Positions 18,068 through 26,236 of a DNA stretch of 64,000 nucleotides are shown here, piece by piece. The translations under genes were made by a program, and so were the position numbers. The stretch's first letter is position 1; each line of letters begins with the position of its first letter. The stretch comes from Candidatus Udaeobacter sp. (GTDB lineage: Bacteria; Patescibacteriota; Patescibacteriia; Magasanikbacterales; GWA2-37-8). The notes beneath the pieces are model-generated. The model saw only the letters and a list, made by a program, of their open reading frames with translations. It was not told the origin of the DNA and made no database searches. The stretch covers positions 461 to 64,460 of the forward strand of contig DATION010000001.1 of the NCBI GenBank assembly GCA_035473115.1, in the 5' to 3' direction.

Positions 18068-18301
18068 ATGGCAAACGATAAAAAACCAATCGTGGAAATA
18101 ACGATAAATAATACACACTACAGCATTGAGCGTGGAAATTACTCTGTAGAGCAAATTAAAAATCTTGGACATGTGCCACTTGCCGACGATCTGCTTGAAA
18201 TTTTAGATAAAAAACTTAAAACTTTAAATGATAATGCTCACGTCGAGATTAAAGGCGGCGAAGTATTTGTTAGCCATCCAAAGGGTAGCGCATCCTCCTA
18301 A
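18068..18301 (+). CDS. Small ubiquitin-like (beta-grasp) protein
   Basis: 77 aa from the internal ATG at 18068 (MANDKKPIVEITINN...EIKGGEVFVSHPKGSASS). First gene of an operon with E2-like, JAB and E1 genes. Stop overlaps the next start (TAATATG). Confidence 0.5.
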   Translation: MANDKKPIVEITINNTHYSIERGNYSVEQIKNLGHVPLADDLLEILDKKLKTLNDNAHVEIKGGEVFVSHPKGSASS

Positions 18302-18302
18302 T

Positions 18303-18653
18303 ATGCGCGACCTTCCTTTGGACGAACTGGACGAGCTCAAGCTGGTTTGTGTATCGTTGAGTATAGCAGAGGAGGCTGGTCTCAGGTATATTCTTCTTCA
18401 AGGGTTGAATCTTCCAGTTGGCTGCCTCCCGGATAGAACAGATGCGTTGTTTTGCCCGATGCCACGCGACGGCTACTTGTCGAGATTATTTTTCGCAGAG
18501 AAGGTTAAGTTTCCAGGTGTTGAAAATCCCAACTGGAACGCAACTGACGTTCGGATACTTGAACGAAACTGGCACGCTATTTCATGGAAAGTACCCAGGG
18601 AGGATTTGCGCCTGGCTCAAATACTTTCAGATCATCTAAATCCACACATGTGA
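18303..18653 (+). CDS. Putative E2-like conjugating protein (divergent)
   Basis: 116 aa from the ATG overlapping the upstream stop. Conserved Cys residues (VGCLPD, FCPMP). Assigned mainly from operon position. Confidence 0.35.
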   Translation: MRDLPLDELDELKLVCVSLSIAEEAGLRYILLQGLNLPVGCLPDRTDALFCPMPRDGYLSRLFFAEKVKFPGVENPNWNATDVRILERNWHAISWKVPREDLRLAQILSDHLNPHM

Positions 18654-19147
18654 AAATCATAGTACGTATTAATGAAACACTTTATAAGCGCATGCTCGCT
18701 GATTTGAAGCGCTCACATCCAACCGCCTTTGAGCGAGTGGGTTTTGCTTTTGCAAAACAAGGCAAGGTGTCTAAAGAAGAGGTCCTTATCTTGTTTTGCG
18801 ACTACCTGTCATTACCAGATGGCTGTTATGTGGCTGATGAAAATGTAGGAGCGCAGATAAATTCAACCGGAATCAATATGGCGATGCAAAAAATTCTTGA
18901 CGAGCAGCAAGGCGCCTTCCATGTTCACCTGCATGATTGGCCGGGCAAGCCCAATTTGAGCTTAACTGATGTCGGCGGTATTTTACCTCTAATCCCAGGG
19001 TTTCAGGCTGTAGGGCCGCAACTGCCGCACGGTGTCCTTCTTCTTAGTCGAGACAGTGTAATTTGTTATGTTTGGCTTCCTGGTTCGGGCCAGCTATTGG
19101 CAGAAAAAATTACGATTGTAGGCAAACAAATGAAATTTTATGCTTGA
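18650..19147 (+). CDS. JAB/JAMM-family metalloprotease (deubiquitinase-like)
   Basis: HVHLHDWPGKPNLSLTD fits the JAMM HxH-x(7-8)-S-xx-D signature. Probable GTG start overlapping the upstream stop; start uncertain. Confidence 0.65.
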   Translation: MKIIVRINETLYKRMLADLKRSHPTAFERVGFAFAKQGKVSKEEVLILFCDYLSLPDGCYVADENVGAQINSTGINMAMQKILDEQQGAFHVHLHDWPGKPNLSLTDVGGILPLIPGFQAVGPQLPHGVLLLSRDSVICYVWLPGSGQLLAEKITIVGKQMKFYA

Positions 19148-19943
19148 TGAACAATATTCACGACAATCATTCCTGGGGGGTAGTGTTCAAAAAAGATTCC
19201 AGGCTGTCAAGGTTGCGATAATCGGTCTTGGGGGTGGCGGTTCGCATATAGCGCAACAATTAGCGCACTTGGGAATTTTGAATTATGTTTTATACGATCC
19301 GCAAACTATCGAACTATCCAACTTAAACAGGATGGTCGGAGCGCGCCGTTCTGATGTCGGTGCTTTAAAAATTTTAGTCGCACAAAGAATAATTTTAGAT
19401 ATTCAACCCAAGGCAAATGTCTATGTTGTTGCCGATCGTTGGCAAAAAATGCCTGAGCTTTTACGTGGATGTGATATTATTTTTGGATGCGTAGACACTT
19501 TTAAAGATAGGAATGAATTAGAAGCTAGCGCGAGGCGTTATCTCATTCCATACATTGATATCGGAATGGATATTTTTAAAATTGGCAATGAGCTTCCGCG
19601 AATGGTTGGGCAAGTAATTTTGTCATTACCTGGATCTCATTGTTTACGGTGTCTGGATTTTATTACCGAACAAAATTTGGGAAACGAGGCAAGTAACTAC
19701 GGGGCTGCTGGTGGTCGTCCGCAGGTCGTTTGGCCAAATGGTATCCTAGCTTCGTCGGCTGTGGGTCTTGCAGTGAGCATGATAACAGGGTGGAATGAAA
19801 CAAATAATTTTCCAATATATTTATCTTATGACGGTAACAGTATGTGCGTTACCCGACACATACGATTAGATTATGAGTTGCCAGAAAAATGTGAGCACTT
19901 TCCTCCCAGTAAGGTCGGTGAACCAGAATATAAGAATGTTTAG
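19140..19943 (+). CDS. E1-like ThiF/MoeB-family adenylyltransferase
   Basis: YSRQ...VAIIGLGGGGSHIAQQLAHLG Rossmann motif. CxxC (HCLRC). Overlaps the JAB gene stop. Confidence 0.8.
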   Translation: MLDEQYSRQSFLGGSVQKRFQAVKVAIIGLGGGGSHIAQQLAHLGILNYVLYDPQTIELSNLNRMVGARRSDVGALKILVAQRIILDIQPKANVYVVADRWQKMPELLRGCDIIFGCVDTFKDRNELEASARRYLIPYIDIGMDIFKIGNELPRMVGQVILSLPGSHCLRCLDFITEQNLGNEASNYGAAGGRPQVVWPNGILASSAVGLAVSMITGWNETNNFPIYLSYDGNSMCVTRHIRLDYELPEKCEHFPPSKVGEPEYKNV

Positions 19944-20004
19944 ATGTTTTAATCAAAAGAAAACTGACCGTAGGGGGGGTCGTTGGCTATACAGAATAAA
20001 TTTG

Positions 20005-20076
20005 CTCCGGGGGCTGGACTCGAACCAGCGAAATCCACGTTAACAGCGTGGCGTTGTACCACTCAACTACCCCGGA
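20005..20076 (-). tRNA. tRNA-Asn (anticodon GTT)
   Basis: Manual cloverleaf: acceptor TCCGGGG/CCCCGGA, D-stem GTTG/CAAC, anticodon stem CCACG/CGTGG with loop CTGTTAA, T-arm GCTGG-TTCGAGT-CCAGC. CCA not encoded. Confidence 0.85.
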
Positions 20077-20089
20077 ATAAAATGCAAAA

Positions 20090-20115
20090 GCCCACTTTCG
20101 TGGGCATAGTTTTTA
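20090..20115 (+). terminator. Hairpin with T-run next to the tRNA
   Basis: GCCCAC-TTTC-GTGGGC followed by ATAGTTTTTA. Confidence 0.4.
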
Positions 20116-20293
20116 TATTAAAACTACACCTGTCTCAGCAGTTATTATTATTCACCAAATTATTGTTAATTATTTTCATATAGTTTATCTTAAATCTTTT
20201 GAGTTTTTCTGTCAATTTATTCTCAGTATTTTATCTATTAAAATTTGCAATTAACGTCTTTTATGATAGTTTATAGAGAAAGCGAGGCATCCG

Positions 20294-20770
20294 ATGGCGA
20301 ATCAAAAAGTTGTCGAGATCTGCATTTCTCCTGTAAAGGGAGAACCCATGCAAAGTGTAGAGCAAGTTTTGGCTGTGGCCGGACGCGGCCTTAAAGGAGA
20401 TCGTTACTTCGCAGGTGAAGGCAGCTATAGTCAAGGAAAGGTAGGAAAGCGTCAGGTGACCCTGATGAATGCGAGGTTTTTCAGGACTACAGACAAGGCT
20501 GCCAATTTTACCTTTGCTGATAGTCGGCGGAATATTTTTACTGATGGAGTAGAGTTGATGTGGTTGATTGGGCGTGAGTTTTATATTGGTGCGGCTGGTT
20601 TTAGAGGGATAAAGTATTGCGATCCTTGCAAGCGCCCTAGCCATTTGGCAGGTCTGAATGATAATTTTGCGGATGTTTTTCATGATGTAGGAGGCTTGGT
20701 AGCCGAGGTTGTGGTTACAGGATTGATTCGAGTTAATGATTCAATCATTACTCCGCCAAAAGGCTATTGA
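20294..20770 (+). CDS. MOSC-domain protein
   Basis: 158 aa with GDRYF...RQVTLM, typical of MOSC/YiiM. Confidence 0.65.
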   Translation: MANQKVVEICISPVKGEPMQSVEQVLAVAGRGLKGDRYFAGEGSYSQGKVGKRQVTLMNARFFRTTDKAANFTFADSRRNIFTDGVELMWLIGREFYIGAAGFRGIKYCDPCKRPSHLAGLNDNFADVFHDVGGLVAEVVVTGLIRVNDSIITPPKGY

Positions 20771-20789
20771 AATACAAGAAGGAGAGCTA

Positions 20790-20930
20790 ATGTGGAACAT
20801 TGTTCTAGCTGTTTTTGCAGGGCTAGGCGTGATCGGAGCCTTTTATTCTATCCTAGGGCTGATCCGCCGTGAGCGCGCAATGCGTAACTTGCATCGCCAG
20901 GTCGCAGAAGCTGGCCGTAAGAAAACGTAG
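20790..20930 (+). CDS. Small single-TM protein
   Basis: 46 aa from the internal ATG (MWNIVLAVFAGLGVIGAFYSILGLIRRER...). A hairpin with T-run follows at 20955-20988. Confidence 0.3.
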   Translation: MWNIVLAVFAGLGVIGAFYSILGLIRRERAMRNLHRQVAEAGRKKT

Positions 20931-21059
20931 CCTGTTTGTTCTTTATTCGGCGAGGTAAGCAGACGATGCTGCCTCTTTGTTTTTTTAAATTCAAACTTGT
21001 CATTATCATATTTTATTGCTAATCTATTAGAATAGTTCGATATTTATATTTGAGGATGT

Positions 21060-22298
21060 ATGCAATATTCAAATCTTTTCGGTAAAACTACTAAAAATGT
21101 TCAGGCAGATGCCGATAGCGCCAATGCCAAACTGCTTACTCAGGGCGGATTTGTGGATCAAGAAATGGCTGGTGTTTATACCTGGCTGCCTTTGGGTTTA
21201 AATGTTTTGCGCAAAGTAGAGCAGATTGTGCGTGAAGAAATGAATGCGCTGGGAGCTTTAGAAGTATTTATGCCAAGTTTGCAACCAAAAGAGTACTGGG
21301 AAAAAACCAAACGTTGGGAAAACGTAGATATTCTTTTTAAAATAAAATCACAAACTGAAAAAGATTATGCTTTGGGCTGTTCTCACGAAGAAGTGGTGAC
21401 TCCGCTCGTACAAAAATTTATTCATTCCTATAAAGAATTGCCGCTGGCTGTTTATCAGATAAACACTAAATTTAGAGATGAGCTGCGGGCAAAATCCGGC
21501 GTGTTGCGCGGACGAGAATTTCGGATGAAGGACATGTATAGCTTTCATACCACTCAGGAAGATTTAAATAATTTTTATCAGCGCACTTTGCAGGCTTATG
21601 TAAAAGTTTTTTCTCGCTGTGGTATAGAAGTCAAAGTTGTTCAGGCCAGCGGCGGCATATTTACTTCCAATATTAGTCATGAATTTCAAGCCATTACTCC
21701 GGCCGGCGAAGACGTATTGTTGGCTTGTGAAAAATGTTCCTTTGGTCAAAATATAGAAGTGGCCACTGTTAAAGAAGGCGACGCCTGTCCACAGTGCGGC
21801 GGAAAAATTATTAAAACCAAAGGCATTGAAGTCGGTAATATTTTTGATTTGGGAACTAAGTATAGTGACTCTTTTAAATTTGAAGTAAATAATGCGGAAG
21901 GAAAAACTCAAAGATTAATTATGGGTTGCTATGGAATCGGCACATCTCGTTTGGTCGGAGCAGTTGTGGAAACATTCCATGATGAAAAAGGAATTATCTG
22001 GCCAAAATCCGTAGCTCCATATCAAGTTCATTTGGTTTCTTTGGGAGCAGATGAGAACGTGCAGGTGGAAGCGGAAAAATTATATAACCAATTGTTAGAA
22101 AAAGGCATAGAAGTTTTGTGGGATGATCGAGACGCTTCAGCCGGAGCCAAATTAGCGGATGCGGATTTAATTGGTGTTCCAACCCGGCTGGTTATTTCCA
22201 AAAAAACTTTGGCCGATGACAGTGTTGAATTAAAAGAGAGAAATAAAAATGAAGCAGAGATGATAAAGATAAGCGAGTTGATGGAAAAGTTAAAATAA
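21060..22298 (+). CDS. proS: Proline--tRNA ligase (short form, no INS editing domain)
   Basis: Class II aaRS motifs and an anticodon-binding domain. 412 aa. Confidence 0.9.
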   Translation: MQYSNLFGKTTKNVQADADSANAKLLTQGGFVDQEMAGVYTWLPLGLNVLRKVEQIVREEMNALGALEVFMPSLQPKEYWEKTKRWENVDILFKIKSQTEKDYALGCSHEEVVTPLVQKFIHSYKELPLAVYQINTKFRDELRAKSGVLRGREFRMKDMYSFHTTQEDLNNFYQRTLQAYVKVFSRCGIEVKVVQASGGIFTSNISHEFQAITPAGEDVLLACEKCSFGQNIEVATVKEGDACPQCGGKIIKTKGIEVGNIFDLGTKYSDSFKFEVNNAEGKTQRLIMGCYGIGTSRLVGAVVETFHDEKGIIWPKSVAPYQVHLVSLGADENVQVEAEKLYNQLLEKGIEVLWDDRDASAGAKLADADLIGVPTRLVISKKTLADDSVELKERNKNEAEMIKISELMEKLK

Positions 22299-22320
22299 AA
22301 TTTTAAATAAAAATTAAAAC

Positions 22321-22355
22321 AAAAAACAGCCTTTGATTAAAACGCTGTTTTTTGT
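22321..22355. repeat. 35-bp perfect direct repeat, copy 1 (also the bidirectional terminator of proS and of the gene at 22462-23244)
   Basis: AAAAAACAGCCTTTGATTAAAACGCTGTTTTTTGT, identical to 23482-23516. Hairpin AACAGC/GCTGTT with A/T flanks. Confidence 0.8.
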
Positions 22356-22461
22356 TTTTGTCCCGACCCATGCTTCACAGCTTTGGTCAGGACGAGTTGA
22401 GTATCCGCTTCACTTCAGGAGAACGATTTCGTTCTCAGTGAAGTAGAAGTCGGATCTTCTG

Positions 22462-23244
22462 TCAGTAGGCGACTCGCCACCTATTCCAGTGGCGGTGCTT
22501 CTTGTACTGATCACCATCATGACCACGGCGCATTTTGCGAACGCCGTGGTATTTAGATTCGATAGCGATCATCTCATCTTTGGTCATACGGTAGTAGCGG
22601 TCAGCGAAGTCGCCGTACCGCTCCTCGATCTTGTCCATCTCCACCTGCCTGATCCAGGCCTCTTCCAGCTGATCACCCTGTAGCTCGGTGATCATGCCGT
22701 ACTCGATCAGCCCAGCGGTGGCACTGATCAGTACTGCATCGATCAGAGGCATGAATCCATGACGGAGAGCGTACAGCGCCTGCAGCGCCGAATCGAGGTA
22801 CTTCTTCTTGAAATCCTCGATCTGCATCTGGCGCAGTGTCTCCTTCCTGAACTCTTCCTCTGCTTGGCGCTCTCGCTCAGCCCGCTGCTTGCGATCTTCC
22901 ACCTCAGCCTTGAGTGTGGAGATCAGCAGCGGCATTTGGTTCACCCACCGCTCGAGCCCGTCCACTTGCGTGGGGATGGGTCGGGCGGCGAGCGCGCGAA
23001 CCTGATCTCGGAACTCGCTGTCTGCGTCCGTTCCGTGCGGACAGTGCGAAGCCAGGTTGAGAACCTGCTCCTTGAACTGTTCCGCCGATCGGACGAGTTC
23101 ACGGCGACGCAGTTCGCCGCTTCGCTCCAGTTCCTGGAGCTGTTGAGCGGCTTCAGCTGCAGCCCGTGCCTGTTGGGCGCGGAGGTGGGTGGTCGTGTAT
23201 GACGACGACCGGCTGCTGACGATGACTTCGACCTTGCGTGGCAT
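22462..23244 (-). CDS. GC-rich hypothetical protein, predicted coiled-coil
   Basis: 260 aa, GC visibly about 60%. AGGAG SD (ACAGGAGACATCAG) before the ATG. Consensus promoter upstream. Confidence 0.5.
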   Translation of the reverse strand: MPRKVEVIVSSRSSSYTTTHLRAQQARAAAEAAQQLQELERSGELRRRELVRSAEQFKEQVLNLASHCPHGTDADSEFRDQVRALAARPIPTQVDGLERWVNQMPLLISTLKAEVEDRKQRAERERQAEEEFRKETLRQMQIEDFKKKYLDSALQALYALRHGFMPLIDAVLISATAGLIEYGMITELQGDQLEEAWIRQVEMDKIEERYGDFADRYYRMTKDEMIAIESKYHGVRKMRRGHDGDQYKKHRHWNRWRVAY

Positions 23245-23444
23245 CTGATGTCTCCTGTTGAAGTTGCGGTTGCCCGCACTTCTTCAGGTTGAACACCATT
23301 TGCCATGACGTTGACGTGCGGGGGAAATTGTCTTTTGTACTTCCCCTTTATAACTTCCAGATCATGTTGGTTTTCTCCTTCTCGGGTGGTTTTCCCGCAA
23401 AAAATAGTTATGGATAATTAGCTTTTGCAGAAAAACAACTGTAA

Positions 23445-23473
23445 ATCTTAGCAGGAATATAGTTTTTTGTCAA
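23445..23473 (-). promoter_or_regulatory. Sigma-70-type promoter for the gene at 22462-23244
   Basis: Minus strand: TTGACA, 17-nt spacer, TAAGAT. Lies immediately downstream of repeat copy 2. Confidence 0.5.
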
Positions 23474-23481
23474 GATGGAAC

Positions 23482-23516
23482 AAAAAACAGCCTTTGATTA
23501 AAACGCTGTTTTTTGT
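23482..23516. repeat. 35-bp perfect direct repeat, copy 2 (terminator of the gene at 23566-24258)
   Basis: Identical 35-mer to 22321-22355. The flanks differ. Confidence 0.8.
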
Positions 23517-23565
23517 GTTGGCCACGACTCCCTCCGTGAGTCATGGCGGATGTTGTACAACTACT

Positions 23566-24258
23566 TCAGCCGCCCTTTTTTCCTCGGCCCCCGCGCGCTG
23601 CCGCGCGGTGAACTTTGGCTCTCGCTGCCTTGTAGGCAGCGTGGGCCTTGGCCCCCGCGCTTGTGCCCGTGCTGGACTGCTTCGGCTGGTTCTCCTCGAG
23701 CCACTTCTCGTCCTGACAGCCATCGGCCATGCAGAACTTGAAGGAGACGGGGATCACTGCCTGGCAGCCCTGGCCAGAGCATCGGTGTCCGCAGTCCGAA
23801 CAGTAGTTCGGACCTTCGACTGGGAGTTCCGCGCCGCATCCATTCCCTTTGCAGAGTTTGGTAGTTGGCGCGAAGCTCTTGCATCCTTGGCAGAGCGGGT
23901 ACCATGTCGGGATCTGCCGACCACATCCACCCTTGCATGGGTGAATGCAGTCGTCACAGAGACCGAATCGTTTCCCGACCCGCACCTGGTTGGTGCATTG
24001 AGTGCCAGTTTCCGGATGTTCCCGGTTGCGGCACTGCTGGGTCTGGACAACGACTCGATCGGCCTTGGGTGGCGGTGCAGACTTCATGATGGTTGGTTCG
24101 GGCGTTGTTGCATCGCCCTCCTCCATCACAGCCGTGTGGATGGTCGCCTGTGGCGAGGCCGCTGGCGCCTCGCAGTTGGCGACTGCCTGGACAGGCTGGG
24201 TCTGCATGAGCACAGCAGAGAGAACTTCTTCCAGAACGTTGACGAGATCAGTGAGCAT
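23566..24258 (-). CDS. GC-rich Cys-rich hypothetical protein (multiple CxxC pairs)
   Basis: Start placed at MLTDL (24258), which has an AGGAGA SD 6 nt upstream. The ORF track extends it to 24303. CDDC, CQGC, CSDC and related pairs suggest zinc-ribbon-like modules. Confidence 0.45.
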   Translation of the reverse strand: MLTDLVNVLEEVLSAVLMQTQPVQAVANCEAPAASPQATIHTAVMEEGDATTPEPTIMKSAPPPKADRVVVQTQQCRNREHPETGTQCTNQVRVGKRFGLCDDCIHPCKGGCGRQIPTWYPLCQGCKSFAPTTKLCKGNGCGAELPVEGPNYCSDCGHRCSGQGCQAVIPVSFKFCMADGCQDEKWLEENQPKQSSTGTSAGAKAHAAYKAARAKVHRAAARGGRGKKGG

Positions 24259-24516
24259 GAGAATCTCCTCGTGGGATGTAGTGAACGGGAATGAACCGCA
24301 CACTACTTCCCTGAGAGATCATCTCGTGATCACTAGGTTGATGTGCGGTAGATATTCACAAGCATAAAGCTTCAACGAAAATTTGGTTGTCGTTCCATGA
24401 TCCCCTCCGTAGGTAATTGTACAATGAACGCGGAAACGGCCGTCCGAAGGACAGTTATTCCGACGGAAAGAATTTTTTCCTTTCCCTAGGAACAACTTTC
24501 ATATGAGTAATAAAAG

Positions 24517-24545
24517 AGCATACTATAAAAAAGTATTTTTGTCAA
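24517..24545 (-). promoter_or_regulatory. Sigma-70-type promoter for the gene at 23566-24258
   Basis: Minus strand: TTGACA, 17-nt spacer, TATGCT. Followed by a roughly 280-nt 5' UTR. Confidence 0.45.
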
Positions 24546-24561
24546 GTATGGGCTGGAGAAT

Positions 24562-24589
24562 AAAAAACTGCCATTTCAGGCAGTTTTTT
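24562..24589. terminator. Bidirectional hairpin terminator
   Basis: AAAAAACTGCC-ATTTC-AGGCAGTTTTTT. Confidence 0.6.
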
Positions 24590-24610
24590 AATTTTTATTT
24601 TGATTTATAT

Positions 24611-25027
24611 TTAAAGATTTTCATCCTTTCGGCGCAGTATTCTCCAGTGAAATATAAATAAAGGGATGGCAACTACAATCAGGGAAATATCACGAACTAC
24701 GCTCATCTGTTTTTGCGCCAAGCGGCTGGCTTCTTGCTGCTTAGCATTGATCTCATTTTGTTTTTCGCATTGCTCTTTAGGCATTGTGGTAATGGTATTG
24801 TCCGGGCCAGGTCTAACAGCTACGGTGGTAGTTGTTAGATCTGCGCAGACCATAGGAATCGAGTAGTATATATTTTTGTCTGCCTGAGTAAACACCCAAG
24901 TTTTTAAAGCGATATTTATAATATCGGAAGTAGAAAATACCAGGATCATTAAGGCTACAAAAGATACCAAATAAAAGTATAAATTTTTTATAGTTTTTCC
25001 GGTTGATGCTGTAGGTTGATTATCCAT
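24611..25027 (-). CDS. Small membrane protein (2 TM)
   Basis: 138 aa. Hydrophobic helices near both termini. Confidence 0.45.
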   Translation of the reverse strand: MDNQPTASTGKTIKNLYFYLVSFVALMILVFSTSDIINIALKTWVFTQADKNIYYSIPMVCADLTTTTVAVRPGPDNTITTMPKEQCEKQNEINAKQQEASRLAQKQMSVVRDISLIVVAIPLFIFHWRILRRKDENL

Positions 25028-25201
25028 ATTTATATTTTTGACAGGAATAGTTTAGACTGCTTTTGGTTTATTTGTTCCATTTTTAATTTCATCAAGCGCG
25101 GCTTTAAGGTTTTTAATTTCATTTTTCATTTCCTTTAGAAATACCAAGTTTACAATTGTCAGGGCCAAAATTGCGATTGTCATATTTTTTATAATTTTTT
25201 T

Positions 25202-26176
25202 TTAAATTAAACCAATTTTTGTTTTTACTTCTTCCGTTTTTTTCCGAGCGATTATTTCGGCTTTCTTGGCGCCATCGGCCAAAATAGCTTGGACTTTAGT
25301 GTCATCCAAAGCATTAAATTTTGTTTGGAAATTAGCCGTAAATTCCATAATTACTGCGGATAGACCTTTTTTAAAATCCGCGTAACCTTTGCCATTATAT
25401 TCTTTCTCTATATTTTTTATAGTTTGGCCGGAGAGAAGGGAATAGATGGTAAGCAAATTGGTTAATGCTGGTCGGTCGGCGCCAGACTCAATGGTTGAGC
25501 CGGAATCGGTCACGGCACGGCTGATTTTTTTGGCAATAACTTCCGGAGAATCAAGTAGGGCAATAAAATTATTTGGGCTGGTGGCACTTTTGCTCATTTT
25601 TTTACTTGCGTCATCCAGGCCCATGATGCGCGCCCCTTCTTTTTTGATTAATGGTTCTGGTTCAATAAAAGTTTTGCCATAAAGAGAATTAAAACGAGCC
25701 GCCAAATCACGAGTTAGTTCGACATGTTGTTTTTGATCTTCACCGACTGGCACAACTTGCGTGTCATAAAGCAAAATATCTGCGGCCATTAGGGCAGGGT
25801 AAGCAAATAATCCTAGATTAATATTTTCTTTATGTTGTTTGGCCTTATCTTTAAACTGAGTCATTCGTTCCAATTCAGACATTTTCGCAATCGTATTCAA
25901 AACCCAAGCCAATTCAGTATGTTGTGGCACATGCGACTGCACAAAAATAGTTGATTTGTTTGGATCAAGCCCCAAAGCTAAATAAGTTTTGGCGGTATTT
26001 AAAATATTTTGGCGGAGCTGTTTGGGATCTTGTTTGATGGTAATGGCATGCAGGTCAACCACGCAATAAAAAGAATCATAGGAGTTTTGCAGTTCAACCC
26101 AATTTTTAATGGCGCCCAAGTAGTTGCCCAGATGTATATTATTGGTTGGTTGGATGCCGGAGAAAATTCGTTGCAT
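25202..26176 (-). CDS. trpS: Tryptophan--tRNA ligase
   Basis: Class I aaRS with a KMSKS motif (KMSKSATSP) and an HIGH-like region. Confidence 0.9.
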   Translation of the reverse strand: MQRIFSGIQPTNNIHLGNYLGAIKNWVELQNSYDSFYCVVDLHAITIKQDPKQLRQNILNTAKTYLALGLDPNKSTIFVQSHVPQHTELAWVLNTIAKMSELERMTQFKDKAKQHKENINLGLFAYPALMAADILLYDTQVVPVGEDQKQHVELTRDLAARFNSLYGKTFIEPEPLIKKEGARIMGLDDASKKMSKSATSPNNFIALLDSPEVIAKKISRAVTDSGSTIESGADRPALTNLLTIYSLLSGQTIKNIEKEYNGKGYADFKKGLSAVIMEFTANFQTKFNALDDTKVQAILADGAKKAEIIARKKTEEVKTKIGLI

Positions 26177-26236
26177 AGAGTTTCATTTTCAGAGAGTGTT
26201 TATTATAGGGATAGTTTACAGAATTTAACTTAGATT

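Noticed and set aside
23467-24367. Plus-strand ORFs 23467-24294, 24002-24367 and others overlapping the minus-strand Cys-rich gene
   Set aside because: Shadow ORFs in GC-rich DNA. The minus-strand frame has the SD and promoter, and a terminator.
22317-24600. Integron-like gene cassettes (attC) interpretation of the repeated units
   Set aside because: Each unit carries its own promoter, whereas integron cassettes are usually promoterless. The repeats are terminator hairpins rather than attC-like R''-L''/L'-R' structures. No intI-like gene is present. Kept only as an analogy.
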